From: Escherichia coli
Lineage (GTDB): Bacteria > Pseudomonadota > Gammaproteobacteria > Enterobacterales > Enterobacteriaceae
DNA: 64,000 nucleotides
Reading direction: 5' to 3' (one strand)
Assembly (NCBI RefSeq): GCF_003019035.1
Contig: NZ_CP027448.1
Shown here: one piece after another, positions 53,127-61,594 of the stretch
Position numbering within the stretch: the first letter of the stretch is position 1
Layout of the letters: each line of letters begins with the position of its first letter
Translations under genes and position numbers: made by a program
The notes under the pieces: model-generated
Told to the model about the DNA's origin: nothing
The model's database searches: none
What the model saw: the letters and a program-made list of their open reading frames with translations, nothing else

Positions 53127-54053
53127 TCATCCGCCATAATGCGCCACATTGTCGACTATCCACGCAGGTCCGGTGACCTCCGGCAGCTCATCGTCATCTG
53201 TCGGGGAAGACCATTCCTGTTCCCCCCACAGAACATCAACAAGCTCTCCACGCTCATATCGCTGCCAGCCACAGAAATTGCAGCCCTGTTCGGCATACCA
53301 GTGCTCCAGCGTGCAGCCGAAACGGCGGCTTAATTCTGCAACAACGTCGCTTTCCGGCTGACACCACGGCGTGTCAAAATCCACCTGAATGAAGTTTTCT
53401 CCCTGACGGCCGATATTCAGGTCATACCCACAAGGCCACTTCACGCCATACCGTTCCGTATACCAGTGATATGCAGAAGGAACACCGTTCAGAACACCAC
53501 CGTTAAAGCCGTTCACTTCAACATCCAGGCGGGTCGGCAGAACCGTCAGCAGGTCAAACGGCATGGTTTTTTCCGGCACTACGTTGTCACACAGACGGTT
53601 CCACCACACCGATACATCCTCGTTACTCCAGAAGCCACACCAGTCACCTCTTTTTGCGGTGAAAAGTGCGGTGATGGTATCCCTGACATCGTCCGGTAAT
53701 CCTTCCCAGCGACGCTGTCCAGTACCGCTCTGCAGCCAGAGTTCATGCAGCATCAGGCAGTTTTGCTCATCCAGCAGTACACCGTCCTGCAGATATGTCA
53801 GCCAGCGGGTGAACGCGATATTCTCCGGCGATACAACGCCACGCCCGGCAGCCGTCAGTCCGGGGCATGGTTCAAACCGCACATCTTCAGTGGTCTGCAG
53901 AAGTCCGGCACTTCCGGCCAGAAACAGCTGAATACCTTCATTTGTGGCGCGGCGATAAAGCGGTGTGACTGCGCCGCTGGCCAGTCGTTTAATCTCAGCG
54001 ATCTGTGCCGGTTCACCAGAAAAATACATACGATTCGAGCACCAGTTTGGCAT
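53127..54053 (-). CDS. Leading-region protein, DUF1281-like
   Basis: ORF with likely start MPNWCSNRMYFSG and GGAG Shine-Dalgarno; track ORF starts at 54098; family assignment from memory only. Confidence 0.6.
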   Translation of the reverse strand: MPNWCSNRMYFSGEPAQIAEIKRLASGAVTPLYRRATNEGIQLFLAGSAGLLQTTEDVRFEPCPGLTAAGRGVVSPENIAFTRWLTYLQDGVLLDEQNCLMLHELWLQSGTGQRRWEGLPDDVRDTITALFTAKRGDWCGFWSNEDVSVWWNRLCDNVVPEKTMPFDLLTVLPTRLDVEVNGFNGGVLNGVPSAYHWYTERYGVKWPCGYDLNIGRQGENFIQVDFDTPWCQPESDVVAELSRRFGCTLEHWYAEQGCNFCGWQRYERGELVDVLWGEQEWSSPTDDDELPEVTGPAWIVDNVAHYGG

Positions 54054-54375
54054 GGGAATTCTCCTCTCACATGCGGCCTCCATCAGGCCGTGCCGCACCT
54101 GTAACCGGGCGACCGCATACGAATGCAGGTGCGGCCCCGAAGCCGCAGCGCGTGGAGGAGGAACGACGAAACGTGACCGGGTGAGGAGGCCGGCGACAGC
54201 GACACACTTGCATCGGATGCAGCCCAGTTAACGTGCCGGCACGGCCTGGGTAACCAGGTATTTTGTCCACAGAACCGTGCACAAAATGCTGTGGATAAGC
54301 TGGACACAGCAGCCCACAGCAGGCATACAGCCACACCCTCAGAGAATTGAACGTTTTTTAGCCGCAACAATGACA

Positions 54376-54423
54376 TTTGACTGTATGTGGATTCAGTTAT
54401 TAGAATGCTGTATATGCATACAG
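54376..54423 (+). promoter_or_regulatory. imp promoter with LexA (SOS) box
   Basis: TTGACT (54376..54381), 18-bp spacer, TAGAAT (54400..54405), then CTGTATATGCATACAG (54408..54423), a perfect CTGT-N8-ACAG box; a half-like box CTGTATGTGGATTCAG lies at 54381..54396. Confidence 0.7.
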
Positions 54424-54446
54424 CAAAAGAAAAGAGAGATGAGAAC

Positions 54447-54695
54447 ATGATCCGCATTGAAATTCTTTTCGACCGCCAGAGCACAAAAAACCTCAAATCA
54501 GGCACACTTCAGGCGCTACAGAATGAAATCGAACAACGACTGAAACCACACTACCCGGAAATCTGGCTGCGTATAGACCAGGGCAGCGCCCCGTCTGTAT
54601 CTGTCACAGGAGCCCGCAACGACAAGGATAAAGAACGTATCCTGTCTCTGCTGGAAGAAATCTGGCAGGACGACAGCTGGCTGCCTGCAGCATGA
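54447..54695 (+). CDS. impC: ImpC (DinI-family SOS regulator)
   Basis: MIRIEILFDRQS...ILSLLEEIWQDDSWLP resembles the DinI C-terminus; first gene of an imp/umu-type operon; track ORF starts earlier at 54387. Confidence 0.75.
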   Translation: MIRIEILFDRQSTKNLKSGTLQALQNEIEQRLKPHYPEIWLRIDQGSAPSVSVTGARNDKDKERILSLLEEIWQDDSWLPAA

Positions 54696-55129
54696 GTACC
54701 GTTTATCACCGTCCGGCTGACCCTTCAGGCGATGACAGTTACGTGCGACCGTTGTTTGCCGATCGTTGCCAGGCCGGTTTTCCTTCGCCTGCCACTGATT
54801 ATGCTGAGCAGGAACTGGATCTGAACAGCTATTGCATCAGCAGACCTGCAGCCACCTTCTTTCTGCGCGCCAGCGGTGAATCGATGAACCAGGCTGACGT
54901 GCAGAATGGTGATCTGCTGGTAGTGGACAGGGCCGAAAAACCACAACACGGGGACATCGTTATCGCTGAGATCGACGGTGAGTTCACCGTCAAACGACTG
55001 CTGTTGCGCCCACGCCCGGCACTGGAGCCGGTTTCAGACAGCCCGGAGTTCCGCACACTGTATCCGGAAAACATCTGTATTTTTGGTGTTGTCACTCACG
55101 TGATACACAGGACGCGGGAGTTACGCTGA
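54692..55129 (+). CDS. impA: ImpA (UmuD-like S24 peptidase-domain protein)
   Basis: 145-aa ORF with LexA/UmuD-type Ser-Lys dyad context (ASGESM ... K) and overlap with impB start. Confidence 0.85.
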   Translation: MSTVYHRPADPSGDDSYVRPLFADRCQAGFPSPATDYAEQELDLNSYCISRPAATFFLRASGESMNQADVQNGDLLVVDRAEKPQHGDIVIAEIDGEFTVKRLLLRPRPALEPVSDSPEFRTLYPENICIFGVVTHVIHRTRELR

Positions 55130-55251
55130 TGTTTACACTGGCTGATATCAACAGTTTCTACGCCTCATGTGAAAAAGTTTTCCGCCCGGACCTTCGCAAC
55201 GAACCGGTCATCGTACTCAGCAATAACGATGGCTGTGTGATCGCACGCAGC
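55126..55251 (+). pseudogene. impB: impB (UmuC-like Y-family polymerase), 5' fragment cut by insertion
   Basis: MFTLADINSFYASCEKVFRPDLRNEPVIVLSNNDGCVIARS matches the UmuC N-terminus, then leaves homology and hits a stop at about 55284. Confidence 0.8.
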
Positions 55252-55301
55252 CCAGATTATGTGGAATTGCAAGTAACGTTGTAGTGCTGATGAGGAAAAT
55301 T

Positions 55302-57530
55302 TTATCTGACTACAATATTGATATCGTTTTCCGCAACAATCAGCATCACGGCAGGTAAACCCTCCACACGCATTTTCTGGTGTAATTTTTTGATTAAATT
55401 ATCATCTTCATTACTGGCTTTTGCGGAAAAGCCTTGTGGATGGGAGTGCCATTCGCCAACATAATCGACAACACGAGCGGTCAACTGGTGAACCCGTTCT
55501 AATGCTTCTTGTTGTCCCGCTTCTCCCCGGACAAAGGAGGCTGGAGAGGATTTACTGTCGATAGGTTCAGGGAGCACGTCAACCAGAATAATCGTTTTGT
55601 TCTTAAAATCTGTTATGCCAACAATTGCACCTCCTGTTTCATTAGGCAGTGCCTGTAAGCGGGTGTGCTGCAATTTTTGCGCTAAGCCCTGGTCATATTT
55701 AACAACCCATTCGCCAGAAATTATAGATACCACGGAATAGAGTTCAATTTCATGTGCATCCATCGCGCCTGATATTTCATCAGATACCCAGATACACAAT
55801 CGAGCATTTCCTTTGAGTGCAGTCTGGCGAAGTTGGCGTGAGAGGATACCGGCATGAACATGAATACATTCACTGGACATACGTACAGAAATATCCCGAC
55901 ATCCACCACCGACCCAACGATCGCCATAATTGTGCTGTAGGTGAGTACTTCCCCACTCACTGCTCAAAATTGCCCGATAGTATTGCCCCTCAATTGCATC
56001 AATTCGGCATTGTCTGTCTACATCCTCCATTAACATCACGCTAGACTGACCCGATGGAGTCAGAAACAGGCTAACTATTCTGGGTATATCATCTTTTAAC
56101 ACTAGAGTCCTCGGCACCTCAAAGGTGGTACTGACATCCACAACTAAGTCTGCCTCATTCATTGCCTTAGCAATATCATCATCGTCATCAAGAATACTTT
56201 TATGGATCGCCTGAGGGAGGGGCTCATGCGGATAAATAGATTTGGCAATATGCTGAATAATATGGGGTTTTGAGACTCCAATATGACAATCAAACCCAAT
56301 ATGGCGAGACAAATTATGTGGAAGAAGCCGATCTGGATCAATAAAAGTCCATGTCCCCCACCCCATTCGAATCCAAATATCAGCCAATGTACTACCAAGA
56401 GCGCCAACTCCAGCTAAAATACCTCGAAAAGCTGCACTCTCTGAATCAACAGCAGATATGTCTCTCGCATGTGTGGCCTTCATAGCCGAACGTATTTCAA
56501 CTGGTAAAAGCGGTAATTGTCGCCACTTGGTACTAATTGATCCGCCAAGAAGCCGTACGCGATGCTGTACTCCTCGCTCATTTTTTGGCGCCAGCATATC
56601 TAGTGCAGTGGCAAGTTCACCGAGTGAACTTTGCACAACATAGCCCATCACATCCGTACGTTCTGTTTCTCCGTTTCTTAGACGGGGGATCCAAAGCAGG
56701 ATAAGTAAGCCTTCTCCTTTACCAGACGTTGGGCGGATACCATCACTTGGTATTGCTTCATAAACAGCGTCAGTTAGTGGTTTTAGGAGCTCACTTCCCC
56801 ATTCATTAAGTTGTTCTTCTAATTTTCCCAGATTATCCGGGTATGTAGCCACCGTAGAAACATCGACAGGAGGAACAGCAATAGTTAATAAGCGAAATGG
56901 CTTAACGCTTGAGGTATCTTGTTCTGGTACAGCCCTTAAAATAATCGGTCGCCCCTCACTGACCATCTGGAGACTGAGCTTATTGTCAGTCGCGTGATGA
57001 TAATCGGGGTAATTGGCTGGCAAAATGAGCTGATAGGGACTCAAATAAAAAAGTTGCTCAAGTGGCTGATCTTCTCGATGTAGATGCAGTTCGGCCGATT
57101 CTCTAAGCCACCAAAAAATGCGCTCAAGGAATCTCTCGGGGGTCCAACTGCGCTCAACTGCGCTCCAGGAGGCCTCATATAGGCAAAGAATTCGTGGTGA
57201 GCCAGGTTCTCCAGCATGCTGGTGAGAAAGAACAGGGAAATCTTTCCGCAATGCATGAACCAAGATAGGTATGCTTGATTTGGGATTGACCTCAATAGCC
57301 AATCGTTCTTTACGACGAATACGGGCTTGATTACCAGAAGCCACAGTCCCATCAGCAGCATCAATGATTAGATATTCCGAGCGGTTATCATTTATTTCAG
57401 AAAATCGTAATTCTCTGACTGTGACGTAAGGATGATTCTCGCATGCTTTAAGCAGCGAAATCGTTTGTGGATAAAGGCTATCGCGCCCCGATGAATCGAG
57501 GCGCTCACCCAATTCGAAATATTCGATCAT
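55302..57530 (-). CDS. Fused E2-like / E1-like (ThiF/MoeB) / JAB-MPN peptidase protein
   Basis: 742-aa ORF: N-terminal H...C pattern (HQHAGEPGSPRILCLY, UBC-like); central Rossmann GILAGVGALGSTLADIWIRMGWGTWTFIDPDRLLPHNLSRH (E1 signature); C-terminal JAMM-like EWHSHPQGFSAKASNEDD. Confidence 0.75.
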   Translation of the reverse strand: MIEYFELGERLDSSGRDSLYPQTISLLKACENHPYVTVRELRFSEINDNRSEYLIIDAADGTVASGNQARIRRKERLAIEVNPKSSIPILVHALRKDFPVLSHQHAGEPGSPRILCLYEASWSAVERSWTPERFLERIFWWLRESAELHLHREDQPLEQLFYLSPYQLILPANYPDYHHATDNKLSLQMVSEGRPIILRAVPEQDTSSVKPFRLLTIAVPPVDVSTVATYPDNLGKLEEQLNEWGSELLKPLTDAVYEAIPSDGIRPTSGKGEGLLILLWIPRLRNGETERTDVMGYVVQSSLGELATALDMLAPKNERGVQHRVRLLGGSISTKWRQLPLLPVEIRSAMKATHARDISAVDSESAAFRGILAGVGALGSTLADIWIRMGWGTWTFIDPDRLLPHNLSRHIGFDCHIGVSKPHIIQHIAKSIYPHEPLPQAIHKSILDDDDDIAKAMNEADLVVDVSTTFEVPRTLVLKDDIPRIVSLFLTPSGQSSVMLMEDVDRQCRIDAIEGQYYRAILSSEWGSTHLQHNYGDRWVGGGCRDISVRMSSECIHVHAGILSRQLRQTALKGNARLCIWVSDEISGAMDAHEIELYSVVSIISGEWVVKYDQGLAQKLQHTRLQALPNETGGAIVGITDFKNKTIILVDVLPEPIDSKSSPASFVRGEAGQQEALERVHQLTARVVDYVGEWHSHPQGFSAKASNEDDNLIKKLHQKMRVEGLPAVMLIVAENDINIVVR

Positions 57531-58714
57531 TGGTTTGATACACCTGCCCTAGGAGCGGCGGCCGTAGCAGCACTTACCGCAGCTGAAACAGCACCAACAA
57601 TAGCGGGTATTAACTTCCCGTCTCCAGCCACTTCAAATTCAAGGAACGCTGTATCTTTAAGATCCCCCGTACAGCTAAACCAACCATCAACACTGTCCAG
57701 AATATCCTCATACTCACGCTTAGCCCGGATGCACGGTGGATCATAATCATCATCAAGTATCTGATTGCTACTCGATACAATTGTTGCCCCGGAACGAGCC
57801 TGACCTAAAGCATTACGGGCCGCATCACAAACTTCAGCATTCTCCCCCCATTGTGACCAGCTATCATAGGAAAGTGAATGCCATGAACAATGATGCGGTG
57901 TGAGGAGAAGATCATATTCTAGTGCCTCAGCATTGCTTTTGTAACGATCCCATAATCGCTCCCAGATGAGAACTTCTGCGTCTCCACCTAATAGAAAGTG
58001 CATAGGATTACGGGAATATGCAGAGGGCAGTATTTTCATGTTCATGATGATACTGGATTCGTTTTTAGAAAGAGCTTCTTCCAAATATTCATCATCTTCA
58101 TGTGGTGCGGGCGCCAGAAGCTGTGCGGAGAACACTTCTGAAATTTGCCCGTCAATTCTGGTGAATGTATCTCCAGCTTTGATAAGAATGGCACTCAGAT
58201 CATCTGTTTTGCCATTAATATCTTCACCCATGATAAGGATTCGATTACCGCTAGATGCATAACCATGTTCCCGCCAGTATTTTACTCGGCGCCGTGCTTC
58301 TGTATTAAATGCCTGAGCATCTTCGCAAAGTGTGTGACTTTTGGAACGACGCCGAAAAATCAATGGTGATGACCACAATTCTCGAATAATGATACGCTTT
58401 TCTGAACGTTTCACATCGTCATCTGGATAATCTTCAGGACGGCCCAGCCAGAAATGTTTACGCAGGCCACCGCAATGATCCTGATCGGGATGACTGAGCA
58501 TAAAAACATCAATAAAGGGACGATCTTTTTCATCATACTTCAATCTGCTACGTAATGCCGAGGCAACATCAGGTGTGTCATCATTGGGGTTATCAGCAGC
58601 AGAGCGAATATGTACATCAATCAGAATGGATGTGCCCCGGGTGTCGGCCAAACGTACCAGTGTCATATCACCGTTGCCGACTTGGAAAAAAGTAATTTTG
58701 GCTGCCATCGACAT
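57527..58714 (-). CDS. Metallo-beta-lactamase-fold protein
   Basis: 395-aa ORF with HPDQDHCGG (HxHxDH metal site); stop overlaps the downstream start (ATGA). Confidence 0.8.
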   Translation of the reverse strand: MSMAAKITFFQVGNGDMTLVRLADTRGTSILIDVHIRSAADNPNDDTPDVASALRSRLKYDEKDRPFIDVFMLSHPDQDHCGGLRKHFWLGRPEDYPDDDVKRSEKRIIIRELWSSPLIFRRRSKSHTLCEDAQAFNTEARRRVKYWREHGYASSGNRILIMGEDINGKTDDLSAILIKAGDTFTRIDGQISEVFSAQLLAPAPHEDDEYLEEALSKNESSIIMNMKILPSAYSRNPMHFLLGGDAEVLIWERLWDRYKSNAEALEYDLLLTPHHCSWHSLSYDSWSQWGENAEVCDAARNALGQARSGATIVSSSNQILDDDYDPPCIRAKREYEDILDSVDGWFSCTGDLKDTAFLEFEVAGDGKLIPAIVGAVSAAVSAATAAAPRAGVSNQ

Positions 58715-58767
58715 CTCCTTTAGGGATACGAAAGATTGAGGTTAAGAGCATCTATTGCTAAGATACA

Positions 58768-58796
58768 TCTAGTAATTATACTAGTCTAGTAATTAG
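58768..58796. promoter_or_regulatory. Direct repeats in the divergent promoter region; candidate operator
   Basis: tctagtaatta at 58768..58778 and 58785..58795, in the 128-bp gap between divergent operons. Confidence 0.35.
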
Positions 58797-58842
58797 ACGT
58801 ATATTTTGGACTTAAATTGTAAGTACAGGAAATTATTGATAA

Positions 58843-59697
58843 ATGAGTGATAAAATGGTGAGAACTGGTCATTGGAGCCAAGAAAGACGGCTTGAATTCA
58901 TCGATTTTCGCCTACTGTGGGAAGGTCGGCTTAACCGTGCAGATCTCACGACATTTTTCAGAATTTCAGTTCCGCAAGCCTCATTAGATTTGGCAAAATA
59001 TCAAGAAGTTGCGCCAAACAACATGGTGTATGATCGAACTCAGAAGGCTTACATTACGACTCCTGATTTCAAACCTGTTTTTACAAGCTTTGACAGTAAT
59101 CATTACCTGAATGAACTACTTGGGCGAGAAAATGAAATAGTGGATCCTGATGATAGTTTCATTGGGTGGGTACCCCCGGTAGCCAGCCTTCCTCTCCCTG
59201 CCAGGAAAGTACAACCTGAAATATTGATTGATTTAATTCGAGCCATGCAAAGAAAACAGGCTTTGGTTGTTGATTATCGCTCAATGACTAATGAACCAGC
59301 AATTCGTACGCTATACCCAACAGCATTTGCACATGATGGGCATCGGTGGCATGTTCGTGCTTATTGTTTTAAGTCTACAATGTTTAAAGATTTTGTTCTT
59401 GGTAGGTTTTTTAAAATCGTTGAATTTGTTTCCCCACCGACATCAATTCCACAAGATGTGGACTGGAATACATTTATTGACGTGGTAATAGGTCCAAACC
59501 CTAACTACGATATGAATAAACGGCTATCTATTGAACATGATTATCAAATGGTAAAAGGAGAAGCAAAAATCCACATACGTAAAGCGCAATTATATTATCT
59601 TAATCGTCGATTAAATTTGGATGTAAATAGCGATGGTTCAATAGATGACAAACAGCAGATCATCATGCTCAGAATAGACGAGTCTAAAACCTATTAA
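58843..59697 (+). CDS. wHTH-WYL regulator (BrxR/CapW-like)
   Basis: 284-aa ORF with N-terminal HTH-like region and WYL-like segment LVVDYRSMTNEPAIRTLYPTAFAHDGHRWHVRAYCFKSTMFKDFVLGRF. Confidence 0.65.
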   Translation: MSDKMVRTGHWSQERRLEFIDFRLLWEGRLNRADLTTFFRISVPQASLDLAKYQEVAPNNMVYDRTQKAYITTPDFKPVFTSFDSNHYLNELLGRENEIVDPDDSFIGWVPPVASLPLPARKVQPEILIDLIRAMQRKQALVVDYRSMTNEPAIRTLYPTAFAHDGHRWHVRAYCFKSTMFKDFVLGRFFKIVEFVSPPTSIPQDVDWNTFIDVVIGPNPNYDMNKRLSIEHDYQMVKGEAKIHIRKAQLYYLNRRLNLDVNSDGSIDDKQQIIMLRIDESKTY

Positions 59698-59709
59698 GGG
59701 AATATTTAT

Positions 59710-60228
59710 ATGAATGCGAATGATGTTAACAAACGGAATAAAGAATGGATGATTGTAATCATTATTATCTATCTTTTTATTTTGTTATGTATAGCAACAT
59801 ACGCTATTGGGGCTATGTCTCTAGGTTGGTTACCAACACCTTACGCACCATTAAGGGTGCCACTGATGTGCGGAGCAATTGCCTATATAGGTGGTTGTTT
59901 ATATTGTTTTCGTGCAATTTACCTCAATAAATGTATTAGAAAACAATGGGATCCAGATTGGCATGTATGGTATTTCATTCGCCCACTGACCAGTACAATC
60001 GCAGGTGCTATCAGTTATTTATTCCTTAAGGCGGGGTTGTTAGTTTTGGAGTCTAGTTCCAATGTAGGAGCTAGTGAAATGGGTTTCTTTGCGCTGGCAT
60101 TTATTGCTGGTTTTAACGTCGATAAATTTGTCGCAAAAATCGAGGAAGTTGCAAAGGCTGTCTGGGGTATTGAAAAAACTCGAAGCTCGACTAATAATGA
60201 TGCGAAAAATTCGGAAAAAAAAGAATAG
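59710..60228 (+). CDS. Small multi-pass membrane protein (about 4 TM helices)
   Basis: 172-aa hydrophobic ORF 13 bp downstream of the regulator gene. Confidence 0.6.
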   Translation: MNANDVNKRNKEWMIVIIIIYLFILLCIATYAIGAMSLGWLPTPYAPLRVPLMCGAIAYIGGCLYCFRAIYLNKCIRKQWDPDWHVWYFIRPLTSTIAGAISYLFLKAGLLVLESSSNVGASEMGFFALAFIAGFNVDKFVAKIEEVAKAVWGIEKTRSSTNNDAKNSEKKE

Positions 60229-60274
60229 TCTGGATGTATTTAAATTAAAATGAAATTAGTGCTGAGCTATTTTA

Positions 60275-61594
60275 TTACTTTCTCTTATTTCCTGGGGTCG
60301 CGCCCCCAGTGAGCTTATTCAAAAGTTTGTCCACTGCCTGTATATCGTTTTCTACAGCGGCTTGTTCGTCATCAGTCAAAGGGATTTCCTGCATCAGCTT
60401 GAGTAGATTCTGGCGACCTTCCAAGTATTGTGCTTCAGATGAAGATTTTGGCATATAAAATGAGCATTTTGCACATGCCATCCGATGGGGGCATTGCTCA
60501 AAAAAGTCATAAGTACAGAAACCGTGTCCAAGATCATAATAACGCCATGGCTTCCCGGATGCTACCAGCCCTTCAGCTATCGCGTCTTGATCAATGAGAA
60601 CTGAAACCATGCGGCGATTACATTCAAAGTAACCAGCTTTATCCAGTGATCCTGCCAACCTCGTCGGTGTAATTTCGACATAATGTCGGGTAGATTCAGG
60701 TGAAGAATGCCCCAACCATTTCTGTAGCTCAAAAATATCAAGTGGTTCCCTGGCGTTGTAAAGCTGACTGGCTATAGTGGCTCTTGCCCGATGGCTGGTG
60801 ATTTTACCTCTGGCATCCTGCTCAGGTATACCAGCCTTTCTGCATAGCAAAGGGATTAGCGAATTATTAATATAACTACTGTGTACCCGTTTCCCCCTGT
60901 GCATGAACAAAAAACGGACGCTTTCACCTGTTTTAGAATCTTCCTGGAGGGGGTGGGGGTTACGAACAAGTTCCCATTGTTCGATATATTCCCCGATAAT
61001 AGGGTCAACTGGCTTTGTGAATGCCGCGTAAGTCTTGCTAACGGGTACATCTATCAGACAGATACGGGATACATTATTTTCTTCTGGCTGTTGCCAGCGG
61101 ATACACCCACACTGCATACGTAGAATTTCATCACGTCTGAGGCCTCCAAATAACCAGAGAACGCTGAGTGCTCTGACCATCTCCAGTGGATAAAAATAAG
61201 GATATGCAACACAGTTTGGTAAATCCGACTCCTGCAGGTTCTGTCCGGCGTGAAGTAATTTACACCACATATCATCGGCCACAATACGAGGCTCTGGTCC
61301 AACCAGGGAAGTCAAGCTACGCGGTGCCCTGAAAACTCTTTCTGGGCTGAATCGTACAGGTATCCATCCCCATTCCTGCAAGTCATGAAAGAAAGTTCTA
61401 ATATGACCCAACATCCTGGCTCTCGCTGCAGGCATCATCATTTTGCCACGACGGTCACGATACATGCCCCCAGGGGTTGCCCATTCACCAACTTTCATTC
61501 TACAAGCGGCGGTCACCCAGACGATCGCGGTGTCCCGTGTCCAATCAGATGGTGACAGACAGGTTGGATAGCACTCAGCTAACCAGCTGACCAC
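60275..61594 (-). CDS. Tyrosine recombinase (large, with C-terminal Cys/His cluster)
   Basis: 439-aa ORF with GGLRRDE, HRARAT, LGHSSPESTRHY catalytic-type motifs and CPHRMACAKC cluster. Confidence 0.8.
   Translation of the reverse strand: MVSWLAECYPTCLSPSDWTRDTAIVWVTAACRMKVGEWATPGGMYRDRRGKMMMPAARARMLGHIRTFFHDLQEWGWIPVRFSPERVFRAPRSLTSLVGPEPRIVADDMWCKLLHAGQNLQESDLPNCVAYPYFYPLEMVRALSVLWLFGGLRRDEILRMQCGCIRWQQPEENNVSRICLIDVPVSKTYAAFTKPVDPIIGEYIEQWELVRNPHPLQEDSKTGESVRFLFMHRGKRVHSSYINNSLIPLLCRKAGIPEQDARGKITSHRARATIASQLYNAREPLDIFELQKWLGHSSPESTRHYVEITPTRLAGSLDKAGYFECNRRMVSVLIDQDAIAEGLVASGKPWRYYDLGHGFCTYDFFEQCPHRMACAKCSFYMPKSSSEAQYLEGRQNLLKLMQEIPLTDDEQAAVENDIQAVDKLLNKLTGGATPGNKRK

Noticed and set aside
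52819-53163. 114-aa minus-strand ORF in the gap between the methyltransferase and the DUF1281-like gene
   Set aside because: Overlaps the DUF1281-like gene 3' end in another frame and lies in GC-rich structured DNA; no RBS or family signal.
55302-58714. Calling the E2/E1/JAB operon a type II CBASS
   Set aside because: No CD-NTase/cGAS-like gene and no cyclic-nucleotide effector are present in the element; the partner is an MBL-fold protein instead.
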